Shown: positions 9,613 to 19,686 of the stretch, one piece after another | Layout of the letters: each line of letters opens with the position of its first letter | Numbering within the stretch: the first letter of the stretch is position 1 | Source: Terracidiphilus sp. | GTDB lineage: Bacteria > Acidobacteriota > Terriglobia > Terriglobales > Acidobacteriaceae | Assembly: GCA_052145815.1 (NCBI GenBank) | Contig: JBKQNU010000103.1 | Location: 44,836-108,835 of the forward strand | Reading direction: 5' to 3' | Length of the DNA: 64,000 nt | Notes under the pieces: model-generated | Told to the model about the DNA's origin: nothing | The model's database searches: none | The model's input: the letters and a program-made list of their open reading frames with translations, nothing else | Made by a program: the position numbers and the translations under genes

Positions 9613-10111
9613 GAGCCGCCCGCTCGGTAAATTGTTCGTGGTTTGCGGCTGCAGTTGCGATCACTGAGTCGAAGATGCGCTTGAAGCCGGTACATCGGCA
9701 CAGGTTTCCCGCCAGACCTTCGCGAATCTCGGCCAAGCACGGATGCGGGTTGATGGAGAGCAACTGCGTTGCCGCCATCAACATTCCCGGAGTGCAAATG
9801 CCGCATTGCGCGCCGCCGCAATCCAGAAACGCCTGTTGCAACGGATGCATAGCGCCGTTCGTCGCGAGCCCCTCCACGGTTTGAATATCAGCGCCCTCAG
9901 CCTGTAGCACAGGCACCAGGCAGCTGTTCACCAGGTCGCCATTCATACGCACTGAACACGACCCGCATTCGCCCTCGCCGCATCCTTCCTTGGTTCCTGT
10001 CAGGTGCAGGTCCCCGCGCAACACGTCCAGGAGCCGCTTCATCGGCGGGACGTGAACAACACAATTTTCGCCGTTGACGCGGAAGCGAATTGTGCCGTGG
10101 CCTTCGCTCAT
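9602..10111 (-). CDS. Xanthine dehydrogenase 2x[2Fe-2S] subunit
   Basis: GCGEGECGSC, QCGICTPG, GNLCRCTG. Confidence 0.93.
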   Translation of the reverse strand: MSEGHGTIRFRVNGENCVVHVPPMKRLLDVLRGDLHLTGTKEGCGEGECGSCSVRMNGDLVNSCLVPVLQAEGADIQTVEGLATNGAMHPLQQAFLDCGGAQCGICTPGMLMAATQLLSINPHPCLAEIREGLAGNLCRCTGFKRIFDSVIATAAANHEQFTERAAHAR

Positions 10112-12384
10112 AGGCTGGCAGCCTCGGCGACGGCCTCGCGAGCGGCGAGTTGCGCGAACAAGTCTTCAGGAAGAAGCGGGATTGAATGGAAGCTGACGCC
10201 CGTAGCATCTCTGATGGCGTTGAGAATTGCAGGTGCGGGACCGTCGTGAGGCAATTCGCCGATGCCCTTGGCGCCGAATGCTCCATATTGAAATGGAATC
10301 TCTTCAAAGAAAACATGAATCGGCGGGACATCTTCCGCCGTGGGCATAATGTAGTTCGTCATCTGGTTGTTGGCCATGTGGCCATTTTGCCAGACGACTT
10401 TTTCGTAGAGCGCATAGCCGATGCCCTGCGCAATACCGCCTTCGATCTGCCCGCCGGCAAGAATGGGATTGAGCACGCGCCCCACCTCCTGCACCGACCA
10501 GAAATCCTCCACCTCTGCGGAATACGTGACGGTGTCGACGGCCACCTGCGCAACCTGCACGGACCAAGCATAGGCGGGATAAGCTTCTCCGCGATATTTT
10601 TGATCGTCCCAGAAGATGTTCGGCGGCGCTTCATAGCGGCACAGCGAGACGACTTCTCCATGCGCGGCGCGATGACGCTCGCATGCGGCGAAGAATTCTT
10701 CGCTCGTGAAATTCTCCCCGAGCCTTGCATGCTCGCGAAGCATGGCGACAAGTTGAATGCCGGCACGCTCAATAAGCCGGCCCACAACCATCGACGTCCG
10801 CGATGCGACAGTCGGTCCGCTGTCAGGCACGATGCTTGTATCTGCCGGGGCCATGATTACATCGTCGTAGTCAATGCCGATGGCCTCCGCGGCAATCTGC
10901 GTGAGGATCGTATTGGTGCCCTGGCCAAACTCGGTGTTCGCCACCAGCACGCGCACCTTGCCCCCGGGCGTTACGTCCAGGCCCGCAAGCGAGTTCAAAT
11001 AGCGTTCGCCCGAGCCGGTGAAACCAGAGCCATGATAGAAAGCGGCGACACCCATGCCGCGCTTGACCGCGCTGTGCGGATTTTCCATCGCAAAATGCGC
11101 ACGCTTGGCGTAATAATCGCTCTCGTGAAGGGCGCGATCGAGCAGCTTGTCGAGAATGACAGGATCGCGCATCGCCTGCTCGGTTGCGGTTGTGTCTCCG
11201 TCGTGAAGAAAGTTCCTGCGACGCAATTCGATGGGATCTATGCCGATGGTTGCCGCGATCTCATCCATGTGGCGCTCGATGGCGAAGATGGCTTGCGGCG
11301 CGCCAAAGCCGCGAAATGCCCCGTAGGGAACCGTGTTGGTGGCCCATGCATGCGAGCGGACACGCACGTTGGGGCACACATACGGGCCGGGCGAATGCAG
11401 AGTTGCGCGGGAGAGCACCGTGGAAGAAAGCGTCGAGTAGGCGCCGCCGTCGGTCGCGATCTCAATGTCCATCGCCAGTAGTCTGCCGTCTTTATCGAGT
11501 GCGGTGCGATGGCGAACACGCGATGGATGGCGCTTGGTGGTCGCGGCTAGGTCTTCTATGCGGTCGTAGACCATCTTGATCGTATGTCCGCTTTTCATGG
11601 CCAGCAATGCCGCATGAGCAGCGAGCGTTGAGGGATAATCTTCTTTACCTCCGAATGCGCCGCCAGTCTCAGTCTGAATGACGCGGACCTTATCTTCAGG
11701 CAAATCGAAAACTGCGAGCAACGACCTATGCACGTAATAGGGGCACTGTAGCGATCCCCACACAGTTACGCCGCTCTCCTCGCTCCACTCCGCGATGACG
11801 CCGTTGTTCTCGATGTAAAGATGCTCCTGCGCACCGGTGCGGTACTCGCCTTGCACGATGTGCGCCGCATGAGCCCACGCAGAGTCGACGTCGCCCTTCT
11901 CCAGCAGAAAACTCTTGAGCAAATTGTCCGCGCCCCAGACGATGGTTTCCTGCCGCTCACTTTCTTCTATGGTGAAGATCGGTGGCAGCGGCTCATACTC
12001 GATATGCACCGCATCAACGGCCTCACGCAGCTTGTGTTTGTCAGGATGCGCCAGCAACACGACAGCCTCGTCGCAGTGGTTGACGAAGCCGTCTGCAAGG
12101 CAGGGCTGGTCGGCGTGAATCAGCTGCACATGATTCTTGCCCGGGATGTCGGCAGCCGTCACGATGGTGAATTCGCTCCAGTCGATGCGGCGATCGAAGC
12201 CGATGGAGCTTATGAATCCGCGGGGAATGCTGCTGCGAACTGTAGCTCCAGGCCACATGCCTTCGCGCTGGATGTCGTCCACGTAACGCGCACGGCCCAG
12301 CAGCTTGTCCACGCCTTCCTTGCGAGGGACGGCGGAGCCGACAATGCCTGTCTTAACGATGCATTCTTTTGCGCGCGTGCTCAT
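10108..12384 (-). CDS. Xanthine dehydrogenase molybdopterin-binding subunit
   Basis: GGAFGGKE, AFRGFG, GQG, GQIEGG, KGIGE; start uncertain (ORF open to 12462). Confidence 0.92.
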   Translation of the reverse strand: MSTRAKECIVKTGIVGSAVPRKEGVDKLLGRARYVDDIQREGMWPGATVRSSIPRGFISSIGFDRRIDWSEFTIVTAADIPGKNHVQLIHADQPCLADGFVNHCDEAVVLLAHPDKHKLREAVDAVHIEYEPLPPIFTIEESERQETIVWGADNLLKSFLLEKGDVDSAWAHAAHIVQGEYRTGAQEHLYIENNGVIAEWSEESGVTVWGSLQCPYYVHRSLLAVFDLPEDKVRVIQTETGGAFGGKEDYPSTLAAHAALLAMKSGHTIKMVYDRIEDLAATTKRHPSRVRHRTALDKDGRLLAMDIEIATDGGAYSTLSSTVLSRATLHSPGPYVCPNVRVRSHAWATNTVPYGAFRGFGAPQAIFAIERHMDEIAATIGIDPIELRRRNFLHDGDTTATEQAMRDPVILDKLLDRALHESDYYAKRAHFAMENPHSAVKRGMGVAAFYHGSGFTGSGERYLNSLAGLDVTPGGKVRVLVANTEFGQGTNTILTQIAAEAIGIDYDDVIMAPADTSIVPDSGPTVASRTSMVVGRLIERAGIQLVAMLREHARLGENFTSEEFFAACERHRAAHGEVVSLCRYEAPPNIFWDDQKYRGEAYPAYAWSVQVAQVAVDTVTYSAEVEDFWSVQEVGRVLNPILAGGQIEGGIAQGIGYALYEKVVWQNGHMANNQMTNYIMPTAEDVPPIHVFFEEIPFQYGAFGAKGIGELPHDGPAPAILNAIRDATGVSFHSIPLLPEDLFAQLAAREAVAEAASL

Positions 12385-12477
12385 GGTTGGGAAAGCCTGA
12401 ATCGTCGTACGGGTTGAGGCATAGCATACAACGGCCCGGCTCAGTTTCCAAGAGCGATTCAACCGGTTAGCATCGCC

Positions 12478-13722
12478 CTAACCGGACAATCTAGCCAAAG
12501 TGCGCGCCAGCACGTCCACTCCGCCCGCAATCCACTCCGGCGAGGCGTATTCGTCGGGCCGGTGGCTGACCCCGCCGCGACAGGGAATGAACAACATGGC
12601 AATGGGCGCAACGCGCGCCATGAAAAGCGAATCGTGATAGGCGCGACTCACCATGCGCTTCCATGTCTTTTGCGCTTCTTTCGCGGACTCTTCCATCGCG
12701 GCGAGAATCGCGGGGTCGCAGGCAGCGGGCGGATCGGCATTCACCAGGTCTGTCGTGATCGTCACTCCGCGGCGCGCGGAAACATCGGCGCATGCGTTTC
12801 GCAGCGCATCGAGGACGCGATCGCGACGCGCGCCATCGGTGTCGCGAATGTCGGTCTCCAGGCGCACGCGCGAGGGAATGCTGTTGACGGCGCCGGGAAA
12901 GACTTCGCAAACGCCGACGGTGGCAACGGTATCGATTGCGCCGGTAGATTTGGCTGCCGATTCGAGCGCGAGAATCAGCTCAGCTGCCGCAACCAGCGCG
13001 TCTTTGCGCCCCGGCATCAGCTTGCCGCCGGCATGTCCGCCTTCGCCTTCTATGTTGATCCGCAGGCTGGCCGGTGCGGCGATGGCTGTCACCAGGCCAA
13101 GGTCGATTCCCTCCTGCTCCAGCAGCGGACCCTGCTCGATGTGCAACTCGACAAACTGGTGGAAGCGGCCGGCAGGCAGCGCAACGGATTCAAGTGGTCC
13201 GGTAAAGCCGGCCCGGTTGCGTAATTCGTCCAGGCGGTTGCCCTCCTTGTCGCGCAAGGCAAGAGCCGCGGGCGGCGCGAGCACATGGCCCATCATCCGG
13301 CTGCCCAGACAGCCAATGCCGAAGCGGGTTGGCTCCTCGGCTGTAAAGATAACCAGCTCGATAGACCGCTGCGGACGATAGCCGGCGCGCTGCAATGCGC
13401 GAATTGCTTCCAGGCCGCCCAGCACGCCGACGGTGCCGTCATACGAACCTGCGTTGGGGATTGCGTCGATGTGCGAACCGGTTCCGATTGGAGCCAGATC
13501 CGGCGCGCCGCCGATCCATCGAGCGAAGGTGTTGCCGATGGCGTCTTCACGCACTTCGAGTCCGGCGGCCACGCACAGGCCTTTGACGTAGGCGCGAGCG
13601 CGCAGATCGGCGTCACTGAAAACAACCCGCGTAACCACAGGGGGGTCAGCTTCCGAAATGCGCGCCAGAGAAGCAAGCTCTGCAAACAGTGCATCGATAT
13701 CGAGTTTCGGTTCGATCGCCAT
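12478..13722 (-). CDS. M20 amidohydrolase, probable ureidoglycolate amidohydrolase (plant UAH-like)
   Basis: GSHIDAIP, EEPTRFGIGCLGSR, ELHIEQGP, TAIAAPAS, SRAYHDSLFMAR; directly after allE. Confidence 0.75.
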   Translation of the reverse strand: MAIEPKLDIDALFAELASLARISEADPPVVTRVVFSDADLRARAYVKGLCVAAGLEVREDAIGNTFARWIGGAPDLAPIGTGSHIDAIPNAGSYDGTVGVLGGLEAIRALQRAGYRPQRSIELVIFTAEEPTRFGIGCLGSRMMGHVLAPPAALALRDKEGNRLDELRNRAGFTGPLESVALPAGRFHQFVELHIEQGPLLEQEGIDLGLVTAIAAPASLRINIEGEGGHAGGKLMPGRKDALVAAAELILALESAAKSTGAIDTVATVGVCEVFPGAVNSIPSRVRLETDIRDTDGARRDRVLDALRNACADVSARRGVTITTDLVNADPPAACDPAILAAMEESAKEAQKTWKRMVSRAYHDSLFMARVAPIAMLFIPCRGGVSHRPDEYASPEWIAGGVDVLARTLARLSG

Positions 13723-13728
13723 GTTTCG

Positions 13729-14472
13729 CTATTCCGCCAGCGGATGCCTGCGCCAATCCTTATAGATCAAGTACTTGGCAGGGACTTTGCCGAGCGCGCC
13801 AAACCACTGCGGGCAGTAGGGAGCCATCCAGATGAAATCGCCGGCCTGAACCGGGTACCACGAGTCGCCCAGCCGATAAATTCCACTGCCCTCCAGCATC
13901 AGCAGGCCATGCTCCATCACATGAATCTCCACCATGCTCAGCGCGGCGCCCGGATCGTAGGTCATGGTGTTCACGGCAAAATCGTAAGCGGGGCCGTCCG
14001 GCATCAACGAGCGCACGCGCAGCGCCTCGTCGCCCATCAAGGCTACCGGTTCGATTGCAGATTCGTCGCCGACGACGATCTGCGCGGCCATGTCTTCATC
14101 GTCGCGAATTGGCTGATAGGGTTTTTCGATTAGCGCAGCGCGTGAAGCGACAACCGCGCGCACCCTGTGGGTGGTGCCTTGAGGAAGAAATGCAAATCCA
14201 CCTGGAGCAATGCGATAGTCCTTGCCTGCCGCCGTCAGCGCCAATGCGCCATCGAGCACGAAAAGAAACCGCTGTGCCGGCGCGGGCCCCAGCGTTCCAT
14301 CCGCCGCGAATTCCGCCGTCATCTGCGTGAAGCGCGCGCCCAGTTGCGGCCCCGCGTGAACCACAAAATCCACACCAACAGCGCCGGGCAAGGGCGTGCG
14401 GATAAACGTATTCGGCGTGTGCAGCAGGTGATCCGCCCTCAGGCTGCTGCGCGTTAAACCCAGATGATGCAA
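13729..14472 (-). CDS. allE: (S)-ureidoglycine aminohydrolase (bicupin)
   Basis: EIHVMEHGLLML, GDFIWMAPYCPQ, YLIYKD. Confidence 0.92.
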   Translation of the reverse strand: MHHLGLTRSSLRADHLLHTPNTFIRTPLPGAVGVDFVVHAGPQLGARFTQMTAEFAADGTLGPAPAQRFLFVLDGALALTAAGKDYRIAPGGFAFLPQGTTHRVRAVVASRAALIEKPYQPIRDDEDMAAQIVVGDESAIEPVALMGDEALRVRSLMPDGPAYDFAVNTMTYDPGAALSMVEIHVMEHGLLMLEGSGIYRLGDSWYPVQAGDFIWMAPYCPQWFGALGKVPAKYLIYKDWRRHPLAE

Positions 14473-14493
14473 TCTTGGCCTCGTTTGAGCATT

Positions 14494-15717
14494 CTATCCA
14501 ACATGGCTCGCAAGCCGCAGCAGAAACTCGCGGCCCACATGCAGAGCGGCCTCAACATCCTCTTCGAGAACAGTCTCGGCGGGGTGATGGCTGATCCCTC
14601 CGGGGCTGCGCAGGAAGAGCATTGCGGTCGGCAGTCTCCCGGCCATTACCATGGCATCGTGCCCGGCGCCGCTGGGCATCGTCTTCGCGGGATATCCTGC
14701 CGCTCCGATTGCGTCGGTAAGAAATGCAGTCAACTTCTCGTCCATCGGAATAGCGGGCTGATCCAGCTGGCCTGTGCGTTCGAGGGCCAGTCCGCGGCGC
14801 GCGGCAATCGCGCTCGCCCGGTCCAGCAACTCCTCCACTGCGGAGAGGCGTGTGGCATCGTAAGCGTGACGAACATCCAGGCTTGCGCGGGCCAGGCCCG
14901 GAACCACATTGCCTACGTTGGGCTCGACGATCACCCGGCCCACGGTTGCCGCCAGTCCTTCGGTGCTCTGTGCCAGCGCCTCCACTGCGGAGATCCACTC
15001 GGCCGCTGCTGCGAGCGCGTCGCGGCGAAGATGCATGGGCGTGGTGCCGGCATGGTTGGCATGACCGGTGAATGAAACTGTCATGCGCGTCTGTCCCACG
15101 ATTCCAGTTACAGCCGCGACGCTCAAGCCTTCAGCTTCCAGCAACGGGCCCTGCTCGATATGAATCTCGACAAAGCAAGCGGCTTCGTCCGCCACGACTG
15201 CGTCGCCGATGCTTGCGGGATCGAGCCCAAAGGCGCGCATTGCGGCATCCACGGTCGTCCCTTCCGCGTCGGTCAGTGCAAGAAGCGAGGCATCGAATCG
15301 GCCCGCCACTGCGCGGCTGCCGAGAAAGGGCTGGCCGTAGCGCACGCCTTCTTCTTCAGAGAACGCGATGACCTCAACGGCAAGTGGCAGGCTGAGGCGC
15401 TGGGCAAGCTCCACCCATTCCAGCGCCATCGTCACCCCCAGCACGCCGTCAAAGGCGCCTGCGTTGGGCACGGTATCAATGTGCGAACCGAGAATGATGC
15501 GTCTTGAAATCGCGCCAACTGGCTGCCAAAGTCCGCGCAAATTGCCGGCCGCATCCACCTCGACGGTCATGCCCAGGCCTTCCATGCGTTCACGCAGGTG
15601 GGCGTGAACAGCGCGCATGGGTGGCGTGAGAAACCGGCGCGTGATGCGGCCAGGCTCCTCCGTCATGGTGGCAATCAGGAGACATTCCGCGATGGCACGC
15701 CGGGCGGGACCGATCAT
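14494..15717 (-). CDS. allC: Allantoate amidohydrolase
   Basis: GSHIDTVPNAGAFDG, EEEGVRY, HIEQG, NHAGTTPM, SGAGHDA. Confidence 0.88.
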   Translation of the reverse strand: MIGPARRAIAECLLIATMTEEPGRITRRFLTPPMRAVHAHLRERMEGLGMTVEVDAAGNLRGLWQPVGAISRRIILGSHIDTVPNAGAFDGVLGVTMALEWVELAQRLSLPLAVEVIAFSEEEGVRYGQPFLGSRAVAGRFDASLLALTDAEGTTVDAAMRAFGLDPASIGDAVVADEAACFVEIHIEQGPLLEAEGLSVAAVTGIVGQTRMTVSFTGHANHAGTTPMHLRRDALAAAAEWISAVEALAQSTEGLAATVGRVIVEPNVGNVVPGLARASLDVRHAYDATRLSAVEELLDRASAIAARRGLALERTGQLDQPAIPMDEKLTAFLTDAIGAAGYPAKTMPSGAGHDAMVMAGRLPTAMLFLRSPGGISHHPAETVLEEDVEAALHVGREFLLRLASHVG

Positions 15718-17081
15718 CGCCGCACCAGTTCTCTGCCCCGCGGGTCACCCATGAACCCTGCAGCACCGAAAACTTGCTGCCCCCTCAGCCACGTCTCCAG
15801 CACGCGCCCGCGCAGCTCTGCGCCCAGGTAAGGCGAGAGCTTGTGGCGAAAATGAAGGTGCTCGGGCGTGACTGTCCACGCCATACCGGGATCGAAGACA
15901 GCGAAATCCGCGTCCGCTCCTGCGACGAGCGCCCCTTTGTGGCCGGCCAGCCCAGCCAGCCGCGCCGGCCCTTCGCCCATCCACTTGCCCACGCGCTCCA
16001 TGCCCGCCTTCAGTCCAACCCCGCGCCTTTCGAGTGCAGTCCACATCACCGGAAGCGCCAACCCCAGGCCGGCGATGCCGCCCCAGGCAAAGTCCCACTG
16101 GCCTTTTTCACGGCGCTTCATCGCCGGCGGGCATGGCGAGTGGTCCGTAGCCACCATATCGATTAACCCTTCCTCGAGCGCGTCCCACAACGCCTCGCGA
16201 TTGGCCTTGCCGCGAATGGGCGGGGCGCATTTGAACTCCGTGGCGCCATCGGGAATCTCTTCCGCGGCGAACCATAAATATTGCACGCAAGTCTCGACGC
16301 CGATTGGCACTCCGCTTCGGCGCGCATCCACCAGCTGCGGCAGAGCCTTCGCGCTGGACAAATGGACAATGTGGATCGGCGTCCCAAACTCCTCGGCCAG
16401 CCGGATAAGAAGCGCAATCGCCTCGATTTCCGCGTCATCCGGCCGCGAGGCCAGGTAGGTCGAATATTTGCGCCAGTCGGCCCCTGCGGCATTCAGCGCC
16501 TCGGTTGCCGCATTCACCGGCCCAGCCACTTCCGCATGGGCCAGCAGCGGCAAACCGGCAGCCTTCAGCCGTGGCAATGCCAGCCGCAGCTCCGCCTCGT
16601 CCACCCAGGAAAAACCGTCAATTCCAGAGTGGATAAGAAAACACTTGAAGCCGGGAATGCCCGCTGCAGCCAAGGTCGAAAGCGCCTCGGCATTTCCTCG
16701 CACCACCCCGCCCCACGAGGCCCAGTCGACCCACGTCTTTCCATTTGCCGCCGCCCGCTTGGCCTCCAACGCGTCCGCGTCCGTGGTCTCCGGCACGCAA
16801 TTGAGTGGCATATCCACCAGCGTGGTCACGCCCCCGGACGCCGCGGCTTGCGTCGCCGTCCAGAACCCTTCCCACTCCGTGCGCCCCGGCTCGTTGATGT
16901 GGACATGCGAGTCCACCAGCCCCGGCAGCATGATCAAGTCCCCAAAATCGCGCAGCACCGCGCCGGAGGGCGAACTGTCCCAGCTTCGCACCTCGACGAT
17001 GCGTTCGTCCTCCACCAGCAGGCTCGCAGGCGCCAAACCCTTCGGAGTCAGCACGCGAGTCGATCGGAATACCTGTGACAT
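15714..17081 (-). CDS. allB: Allantoinase
   Basis: PGLVDSHVHINEPGRTEWEGF, DMPLN, FKCAPPIR, TDHSP. Confidence 0.93.
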   Translation of the reverse strand: MSQVFRSTRVLTPKGLAPASLLVEDERIVEVRSWDSSPSGAVLRDFGDLIMLPGLVDSHVHINEPGRTEWEGFWTATQAAASGGVTTLVDMPLNCVPETTDADALEAKRAAANGKTWVDWASWGGVVRGNAEALSTLAAAGIPGFKCFLIHSGIDGFSWVDEAELRLALPRLKAAGLPLLAHAEVAGPVNAATEALNAAGADWRKYSTYLASRPDDAEIEAIALLIRLAEEFGTPIHIVHLSSAKALPQLVDARRSGVPIGVETCVQYLWFAAEEIPDGATEFKCAPPIRGKANREALWDALEEGLIDMVATDHSPCPPAMKRREKGQWDFAWGGIAGLGLALPVMWTALERRGVGLKAGMERVGKWMGEGPARLAGLAGHKGALVAGADADFAVFDPGMAWTVTPEHLHFRHKLSPYLGAELRGRVLETWLRGQQVFGAAGFMGDPRGRELVRR

Positions 17082-17121
17082 ACTGTGAATACTTTCGCCG
17101 CTGAGGGAGCCACTAAGCAAA

Positions 17122-17607
17122 TTGACCCCATCCGCCCCACCCAATCCCGAATTCCTGCGCCGCGCCATTTTGTTGGCCATCGAGAACGTCGACACCGGCA
17201 AAGGCGGGCCGTTTGCCGCGGTCATTGTGCGCGACGGCAAGATTGTCGGCGAGGGCGTGAACACGGTGACCACCGGCAACGATCCCACCGCACATGGCGA
17301 GGTCAACGCCATCCGAGCGGCGTGCAAGGCCCTCGGCAGGTTCACGCTGGCCGGATGCGAACTTTACACCAGTTGCGAGCCTTGCCCCATGTGCCTGGCC
17401 GCCTCTTACTGGGCGAGGCTCGACGCCATTTACTACGGTTCGAGCGCTGCCGATGCCGCCCGGGCCGGTTTCGATGATGCCTTTCTGTATGAGGAGTTCC
17501 GCAAGAGCCAGCCTGCGCGTGCGCTGCAGGCTACCCAGCTGCTTGCCCAGGAAGCCTGGGCCGCCTTCGCTGCATGGACGGCTTCGGCCGGCAAGGTCAA
17601 GTATTAG
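17122..17607 (+). CDS. guaD: Guanine deaminase (cytidine-deaminase fold)
   Basis: GGPFAAVIV, DPTAHGEV, CEPCPMC, GFDD, C-terminal Tyr; divergent from allB. Confidence 0.85.
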   Translation: MTPSAPPNPEFLRRAILLAIENVDTGKGGPFAAVIVRDGKIVGEGVNTVTTGNDPTAHGEVNAIRAACKALGRFTLAGCELYTSCEPCPMCLAASYWARLDAIYYGSSAADAARAGFDDAFLYEEFRKSQPARALQATQLLAQEAWAAFAAWTASAGKVKY

Positions 17608-17888
17608 GCCGAATCAGGGCGCTCCGCATCCCGCAGTTCCGCTCTAATTTGCGGAGTCTTTCTGGCGCGTGGCCTTCACGGCCGACAGGATTCCGAGGCC
17701 GAAGAGCACAATCGCGCCCGCGGCGATCCAGGGCGTGGGCATGTGCATCAGGTGCGCGGCATAAACCAGCCCGCAGATCAAAATTGCAAAACCGCCAGCG
17801 TAGATTCCAAATGACATACGATCTCCTTGTCAGGCAATGACGCAACAATTACCGGCGTCATCGCGGGCGCATCTTTCAGCTCGGTAAA

Positions 17889-18656
17889 TCAGCTCGGTAA
17901 ATCCACACTCACACCAACCAGCTTGGCCCGTCTAGCGGTGCGTGTTTTGCTGGGAGGAGGATCGAGAAGCGTCGGTCGGGAGGCGTTCTGCTCCGGCAAC
18001 TGATCGTGCAAAACCACATTGAGCAGCGACCTGTTCACCCGGATGTGGCCGTTGTATTCGATATAGCCAAGCTTTCTGAAACGATTCATGAAGAAGCTCA
18101 CACGGGAGCGGGTGGTACCGATCATCTCCGCAAGCGTCTCCTGCGTGACCGGGGGGATTTGCGTTTCGCGCTCCCCCGGCTTGCCAAAGTCGGCCATCAA
18201 CAGCAGAATCCGCGCCAGGCGCCTCTCGCTGGAATTGAAGAGCTGGTCGATCAGGTCCGCCTGGGTTCGCATGCCTCGCAACAGCATGAAGTTCAGAAAG
18301 AGCGCCGCAAATGCGCCTTCCTCATGTAACACAATGAGCATCTGCTCCCTGTCGATCTTGAGCGCCACACAAGAAACCAGAGCCGAAGCCGTTGCGGTTC
18401 GAACTGTTCCCAGTGCCGTAAGAGACTCCTCTCCGAGAAAGTCGCCTGCGGCGAGCAGGGTGACGGTGGCTTCCTTGCCTTTCTTGGAAACAACGGTCAA
18501 CTTTGCTCGGCCGGATTGCAGATAAAACACGGCGTCGGCCAGAGCTCCCTGGGCGAAGAAGGGCTGCTTTGCCTTGACGCGAACGATCTTGCGTCCTGTT
18601 CCCTCGCTGGCAAGGTAACTGGTGGTATCAAAAGCTTTGTTCGTTTCTTCTTGCAT
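17889..18656 (-). CDS. Crp/Fnr family transcriptional regulator
   Basis: cNMP-binding domain (GDFLGEE); HTH TQETLAEMIGTTRSRVSFFMNRFR. Confidence 0.9.
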   Translation of the reverse strand: MQEETNKAFDTTSYLASEGTGRKIVRVKAKQPFFAQGALADAVFYLQSGRAKLTVVSKKGKEATVTLLAAGDFLGEESLTALGTVRTATASALVSCVALKIDREQMLIVLHEEGAFAALFLNFMLLRGMRTQADLIDQLFNSSERRLARILLLMADFGKPGERETQIPPVTQETLAEMIGTTRSRVSFFMNRFRKLGYIEYNGHIRVNRSLLNVVLHDQLPEQNASRPTLLDPPPSKTRTARRAKLVGVSVDLPS

Positions 18657-19001
18657 CTGGAATGCCTCCTCCCCAACACGATCCCGAGACCGGCGAATCG
18701 GGTGAGCCCGAGTGCTCGCTGGGGAGGTTTGGCATTCCTGACCAAAGTAAGCAATCATCGCGCACCGTCACAGCATGGCACCTTGTGGCCCAATAAGCTG
18801 AGCGTTTTGGCTCATGTCCCGTTCCTTGGAAAACGGCGCGAGCGCCGGGCGGACCTGACGCTCTTCGGCTGCTGAACGGCTGTCGCCGCTGACTGACAAG
18901 GTCTACGTCGTCGAGTCGGATTGTGCGCCTGCCAGGGCAAGTATGGTCAATGCAATATGCAAAGCACAGCGTGGCCTGCGAATGGACGAGGTAAGGAGCT
19001 T

Positions 19002-19550
19002 TTAGAGCGCGGCTTCGGATTCTGCACGCCGTGCAATTCGCGGCCCGGGAGTCAGCAGGAATCCAACGGGCGCCAGGACAAACGCCAGAATATGGCGAGG
19101 CATCCCGCGGAAATCATCGGAAAGCGAGCGGCCTTTGTGGCCTGTAAGGAAGGCGCCGCGGCGCATCACGTGCAGGTGAAAAAGGGCCGAGACCCCGGCA
19201 AATATGCAGACTGCCAGGGTCGCTCTTCCAGGAGCGGCAGCACCAACGGCGCGGTGAGTGAGCCAATCGACAACCTGCGCCAGCAACGGAACGCCAAGGG
19301 CCACAGTCAGATTTCCGAGAGTGCGGGAACGGAAGGACAAGGCCCGTTGCTGCATACCGGCATAGAGCCCTGCCGTCAGGGTTACATACACAAGCTCCAC
19401 AAGAACGATGGAGAGCCCACCCCTGGCCCCGGTTCGCACCAGCGCCAAACCATAGGCAATGGAGCGCACTAACGCGCTCATCAACGCACACTTCCAGTTC
19501 CAGCAGGCGAATGCCCGAAGTAGAAATGACGGCGAATTGTGAGGGTCCAT
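19002..19550 (-). CDS. Hypothetical membrane protein
   Basis: 182 aa ORF with several hydrophobic segments. Confidence 0.65.
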   Translation of the reverse strand: MDPHNSPSFLLRAFACWNWKCALMSALVRSIAYGLALVRTGARGGLSIVLVELVYVTLTAGLYAGMQQRALSFRSRTLGNLTVALGVPLLAQVVDWLTHRAVGAAAPGRATLAVCIFAGVSALFHLHVMRRGAFLTGHKGRSLSDDFRGMPRHILAFVLAPVGFLLTPGPRIARRAESEAAL

Positions 19551-19686
19551 GTCTGAATCTTGCGGAAACCGTGCAAACGTGCCGTCAAGATTCAGTTAAA
19601 GGCGGGTTGAGATCCGCCCTGATCCGTAACCAGGAAGATACCTCCGAACTCGGTTCCGTTTCGGATTCGTCCGTTTCAGGATTCAA

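Noticed and set aside
17082-17345. N-terminal extension of allantoinase in the ORF track (also the preT, mocA, iscA and antitoxin extensions)
   Set aside because: They overlap neighbouring genes or repeats, or precede a better RBS; downstream starts fit the family N-termini
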